DNA from: Dehalococcoidia bacterium
Lineage (GTDB): Bacteria; Chloroflexota; Dehalococcoidia; SM23-28-2; HRBIN24
Assembly (NCBI GenBank): GCA_025062275.1
Contig: JANXAP010000003.1
Span: forward strand, 10,950 to 74,949
DNA: 64,000 bases
Reading direction: 5' to 3'
Shown: in pieces, positions 62,659-64,000 of the stretch
How positions within the stretch are numbered: the first letter of the stretch is position 1
Layout of the letters: every line of letters starts with the position of its first letter
Translations under genes and position numbers: made by a program
Notes under the pieces: model-generated
What the model saw: only the letters and a program-made list of their open reading frames with translations
Databases searched by the model: none
Told to the model about the DNA's origin: nothing

Positions 62659-64000
62659 ATGCGAGAGACGATAGCGACCGGCACCGACGGCGGCCCCGTA
62701 GTCATCGCCGCCGCCAGGGTGGGGGCCCTGGCCGATGCCCTGGAAGGTGACCTGCTCTCAACGGAGCATCCAGAGTACGAGGCCACCCGGCGCGTCTGGA
62801 ACGCGATGTTCGACCGGCGCCCCGCCCTCGTCGCCCGTTGCCAGACCGAGGCCGATGTGGTGCGGGCGGTGCAGTTCGCCCGCGAGCACGGCCTGCTGCT
62901 GTCGGTGCGCGGGGGCGGCCACAGCCTGCCCGGACACTCGGTCTGCGACGGCGGCATGATGGTGGACCTGTCGGCCATGAAGGGCGTGCAGATCGACGCC
63001 AAACAAAGGATGACATGGGCCGGCCCGGGACTGGTCTGGGGAGAACTGGACGCGGCCACCCAGGCGCACGGCCTGGCCGTCACCGGCGGCCAGATCTCCC
63101 ACACCGGCGTCGCCGGCCTCACCCTAGGCGGGGGCATGGGCTGGCTGATGCGCCGCCATGGCCTGACCAGCGATAGCCTCCTGGGCGCCCGCCTGGTGAC
63201 GGCCGAAGGCCAGGCCATCGCCGTGGACGACGAGTACAGCGACCTGCTCTGGGGACTGCGCGGCGGTGGAGGCAACTTCGGCATCGTCACCGCCTTCCGC
63301 TTCGGCCTGCACCGCGTCGGCCCGCAGGTGGTGGGCGGCCTGATGGCCTTCCCCTTTCCCGAGACTCGTCAGGTGCTGCGGTCCTTTCGCGAGTTCGCCG
63401 ACGCCGCCCCCGACGAGCTGACCTGCACCGTCGCCTTCCTCACCACCCCCGAGGGGCAGAAGGCGCTGGGCATAGGCGTGTGCTATGCCGGCGACCTGAC
63501 CCAGGGGGAGCGGACGGTGGCACCCCTGCGGGGCATGGGCACGGTGGTCATGGACCAGGTGGGCCCCGTCCCCTACACCGCCGTCCAGTCCATGCTGGAC
63601 GAGACTGCGCCCCACGGCTCCCGCTACTACGTGAAGGCGGGTATGCTGGCCGGCCTGGGCGACGAGGTCATCGAGGCCTGCGCCCACCACTTCGCCCGAG
63701 TGCCATCGCCCCTCACCCAGGTCCTGCTGGTGCAGATGGGCGGGGCAGTCTCGCGACGCCGTGACGACGACAGCGCCTTCGCCCACCGTCAGGCAGCCTA
63801 TAACTTCGTCGCCTTCTCCCAGTGGCGTCATCCGGGGGAGGACAGGGCCAACATCGAGTGGACGAGGGCCTTTCACCGCGCGCTGGAGCAGCACTGGTCG
63901 CGCGGCGTCTACGTCAACGACCTGATGGACGAGGGCAGGGAGCGGGTGCACGAGGCCTACGGCGCCGCTTACGGCCGGCTGGCCGCCCTAAAGGCGCGCT
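62659..64000 (+). CDS. FAD-linked oxidase (PCMH/VAO-type FAD-binding domain, berberine-bridge-like), 3'-partial at window end
   Basis: Translated by hand: VRGGGHSLPGHS FAD-binding His motif, GLTLGGGMGWL. Absent from the ORF track because there is no stop within the window. Confidence 0.8.
   Translation, partial: MRETIATGTDGGPVVIAAARVGALADALEGDLLSTEHPEYEATRRVWNAMFDRRPALVARCQTEADVVRAVQFAREHGLLLSVRGGGHSLPGHSVCDGGMMVDLSAMKGVQIDAKQRMTWAGPGLVWGELDAATQAHGLAVTGGQISHTGVAGLTLGGGMGWLMRRHGLTSDSLLGARLVTAEGQAIAVDDEYSDLLWGLRGGGGNFGIVTAFRFGLHRVGPQVVGGLMAFPFPETRQVLRSFREFADAAPDELTCTVAFLTTPEGQKALGIGVCYAGDLTQGERTVAPLRGMGTVVMDQVGPVPYTAVQSMLDETAPHGSRYYVKAGMLAGLGDEVIEACAHHFARVPSPLTQVLLVQMGGAVSRRRDDDSAFAHRQAAYNFVAFSQWRHPGEDRANIEWTRAFHRALEQHWSRGVYVNDLMDEGRERVHEAYGAAYGRLAALKAR

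Overview
High-GC (~68%) bacterial chromosomal core region. The centre (16.1-36.3 kb) is the conserved ribosomal-protein superoperon str-S10-spc-alpha (rpsL, rpsG, fusA, rpsJ ... secY, adk, map, infA, rpmJ, rpsM, rpsK, rpsD, rpoA, rplQ, truA, rplM, rpsI). On its left lie selD, an MFS transporter, a cytochrome P450, rplI, a dnaB / DnaD-domain / DnaI-like primosome cluster, moaD-moaE, comF, glyA and three tRNAs. On its right lie a GDP-mannose / phosphohexose set, a SAM-cycle and methionine-salvage set (metK, ahcY, mtnP, mtnA), plsX, an SBP56 selenium-binding protein, a ttuB-ttuA-radical-SAM unit, a TPP-enzyme / SSADH / CoxG / CoA-transferase cluster, a second P450 paralog, nitronate monooxygenase, DUF1326 genes and a partial FAD oxidase. 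No transposases, integrases or CRISPR were seen, so this looks like core genome rather than a mobile island. The main discovery is that two genes contain in-frame TGA (selenocysteine) codons and were truncated or missed by the ORF track: selD itself (Sec at the catalytic Cys position) and a small ArsC/Spx-family thioredoxin-fold protein (UxxC) just downstream of the tRNA cluster. Both have downstream hairpins that resemble bacterial SECIS elements. Other notable points are a DnaI/DnaC-like loader with a tandemly duplicated AAA+ module, two P450 paralogs whose 3' halves are near-identical at the nucleotide level (gene conversion), and a possible 2-oxoglutarate decarboxylase / SSADH TCA-bypass cluster. 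Many long overlapping ORFs in the track are high-GC antisense artefacts.
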